A stretch of 64,000 nucleotides of DNA from Cyanophora paradoxa CCMP329. Lineage: Eukaryota > Plantae > Glaucophyta. The notes below the pieces were generated by a model that worked only from the letters and a program-made list of their open reading frames with translations, was not told the origin of the DNA and searched no databases. Below are positions 61,724 through 64,000 of this stretch, one piece after another. Position numbers and translations under genes: made by a program. Every line of letters starts with the position of its first letter. The stretch's first letter is position 1. The stretch lies in assembly GCA_004431415.1 (NCBI GenBank), contig QPMI01000408.1, positions 1 through 64,000 on the forward strand. Reading direction: 5' to 3'.

Positions 61724-63439
61724 ATGGTCAACCTTTTCCTGGTCCCAGCGGGAGAGCGCGACTCGCGGGCGTCGCGAGAAGCGCGCCTGTCGTCCGCATC
61801 GGCGTTCCGGCCGGCGCCGCGCGCGAGCTACGCGGGGGCATCGAAATCCATTTCTCTCGGATCCCCGGGAGGCCTCGGGCGCTCCATCGACCTGGAAGCC
61901 CTGCCGGAGCTCGCGGAAGGGGACGGAGACCCGGCGTTAGAGCTCGGCGCCCCTGCAGCTGGTGTTGCAGCTGCAGTCGCAGCCGGCTTCGAATTCCCGC
62001 GGCCACCCTCCCTCTTCGACTTCGATGGAGCGCCGGACGACGTCGCTCAAATTCGCAGGTCCCTTTCCGACAGCTCCCTCTCCAGCTGCAGCAGCTCCGA
62101 ACCCAAGCGCTCGGCAAGCCAGAAATGCGCGCCGCCTGCCCCCGTCGATCGCAAAAGCACAGCAGCTGCAATTGCAAGTCGCGGCCCCAGCAGCAGTCTG
62201 CACGCACGCGTAGGCGACGAGTTCGCGAGGGCGAGAGACGCCGCGCTCGCCGTTTCTATCGAGATCGATGTCGTTCCAGAGAACCCGCTTGCACGAGGTG
62301 CCAGCTGCAGGCCGCCCTCTTTTCGCGCCCCGGGCTATAGCGGGGCCTGCGACCGCAGAACGTCGAGATTGTAATCATTGAAATATCGCACACATGCGCA
62401 GCGGCAAGGTCGCTGGATCGCGCCGCCTCCGTGGCGAACTCCAGACTCGGGAGGTCTTTCCTGCAGACTCTCAGCGTCCTCGGTGCGGCGCGGGCCCTCA
62501 CGACCATGATTAATATTAAAATTAGCCGACGTCCTCTAGGTTGCAGAAATATCAATCCAATCATTTACTGGGTCGTTCAATTTCACGTCGTCGCAGTGGC
62601 CTTCATCGGAAGCCTCATAAAGAGGCTGTTCATGGACCCAGCCCACCGCGTGCGTTGAACCTAGGCCTTGCACTCGAATTAGTTTATAATTATATATTAT
62701 AATCGAACCTTGCAATTGACGCCAACACCTCCGCCTCCGCCCAGTTCTTCGTGGCACACCCGCGGCTGTGGGGGGTCGTCGTCCGTCTCCTCGCCTGCGT
62801 CGACCGCGGTCTCTTCCTCTCCGTTCGCCCCCGGCCTCTGTTTTAAAAATTGAATTTGCTGCTCGGTCCGCCCGGGCCTCTGATCATGAGGCCTCACGCA
62901 TGCGCTCTCGCCCGCACTGGGCCCGCAGGACATGATCATGGACATCGCCATCTGCTTCAATTTCTGGAACCGTGCGCTTTCTGAATTCGAAATTTTATAA
63001 TCAAATTAAATGCACCGTCTTTCAGCCGCGACTGATCATGATCTCCTCGGGCGTCCTCAGGAAAGCAGTACAAATGGCGAGAATCGCTACTTATATTGAA
63101 TTAATCATGACCTCACGATCTCGTTTAATAATTTTCGAGCACAGGTTCGGAGTATGGCTGAGCCTCGTCGCCTTCCCGTACCTCTTCCTGCTCTTCTTCC
63201 TGTCGCGGGCCTTCCGGCGCGAGTGCGAGCGGCGGGGCTGGGAGGCCCGCCGCTGGATGCTGGGCTACTGGGTCCTCTCCCCCGTCTGGTGCCTCATGTA
63301 CGACGTGTGGATCTCGGTGCGGTACCTCTTCTCGGAGCCCGTGGACAGCTCGGGCCTGGGGCGCATTGCCCGCTACTACCTCCGCCTCCGCCTCTTCACC
63401 GAGACCTCCCTCGAGACCCTGCCCCAGAGCATTTTTCAG
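61724..63439 (+). CDS. XK-related-like multi-pass membrane protein, 3'-incomplete
   Basis: Hydrophobic exons, DMIMDI and LFTETSLETLPQSIFQ (E..LE..PQ..LQ motif). Divergent from the WD40 gene. Confidence 0.55.
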
Positions 63440-63503
63440 GCGCGAAATTTTGTGGCTCGCGCCGTTTCTATCAGTTTAAGAAGCATATACTTATTGAACT
63501 GAT

Positions 63504-64000
63504 TGTCGCGTGCGGGATTAGTGGGGAAGCACGCGGGGAGGCTCCCGGTCGAGCGTGGCTCGACGGGGCTCAGCGGATCACGAGAAACCACAGTGCAAGC
63601 CAGTAGTATTGGTAGAACTGTGTACCCGGACAAACCCGGTACACGTACCCCTAGCTCGGAGTACTTCGGTCACTGACTCAGGGGAATCGCTGTACCCTGG
63701 CAAATACACGTGTTCGGCCGTGGCGTACTAACGCCGACATCGGCCCTAGCGGCCCGTAGGCAGCTCTGCAACTAGCAGCACGAAGGCTGCACCTAGCTAC
63801 TAGTAAGGTAGCTGTACAAGCTCATAGAAGCGCTAGGACAGCGCTAATCCTGAATGCGACAACTCCCCCTCTTAAGACTGCGTCCCCGCAGGCTACACTC
63901 TGAACCGGCGACTGCCGGGAATGAATAAGCTTTGTAGCCGGTACTCGCTCTACGGCAGCCGACTGCCGGGAATGAAAAGACTGTCAGCCGGATGCCGTTG
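63504..64000. mobile_element. Possible start of an LTR or other insertion within an intron
   Basis: The intron begun at 63440 runs into TGTCGCG... just after a branch-like CTGAT, and no further exon is evident. Composition changes and short direct repeats (CGACTGCCGGGAATGAA x2) follow. Confidence 0.3.

Noticed and set aside
43500-62400. Numerous Arg/Pro/Gly-rich overlapping ORFs
   Set aside because: They are shadow frames of high-GC spliced genes on the opposite strand or in another frame.

Overview
Eukaryotic, GC-rich, intron-dense genomic DNA from a protist or alga (short 55-100 nt introns, several with GC donors), with three parts. (1) 1-~12.5 kb is the right part of an integrated, intronless, lower-GC Polinton-like virus (PLV). 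It encodes a double-jelly-roll major capsid protein, an A32-type packaging ATPase, a long polB-SF1 helicase-HNH replication protein, an rve integrase, a DUF5710-like protein and a prokaryote-type S-adenosylmethionine decarboxylase, followed by a repeat-rich terminus. Several viral genes carry single-base frameshifts. (2) ~12.5-43 kb is a mobile or accessory block: satellite arrays, two CXC/CRC-domain genes, a multi-exon CACTA/EnSpm-type transposase and unknown genes. Two 5'-truncated LINE insertions sit inside it, with exact 21- and 19-bp target-site duplications and a shared, unfamiliar C-terminal Cys/His domain. (3) 43-64 kb is host-like. It holds a Cys-less pentameric ligand-gated ion channel fused to about 7 Ig-like repeats, a 4.9-kb TIR element carrying a SET-domain gene and no transposase, a WDR20/CreC-like WD40 gene and an XK-like membrane protein gene. 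Exon boundaries were inferred by eye and no database searches were run.
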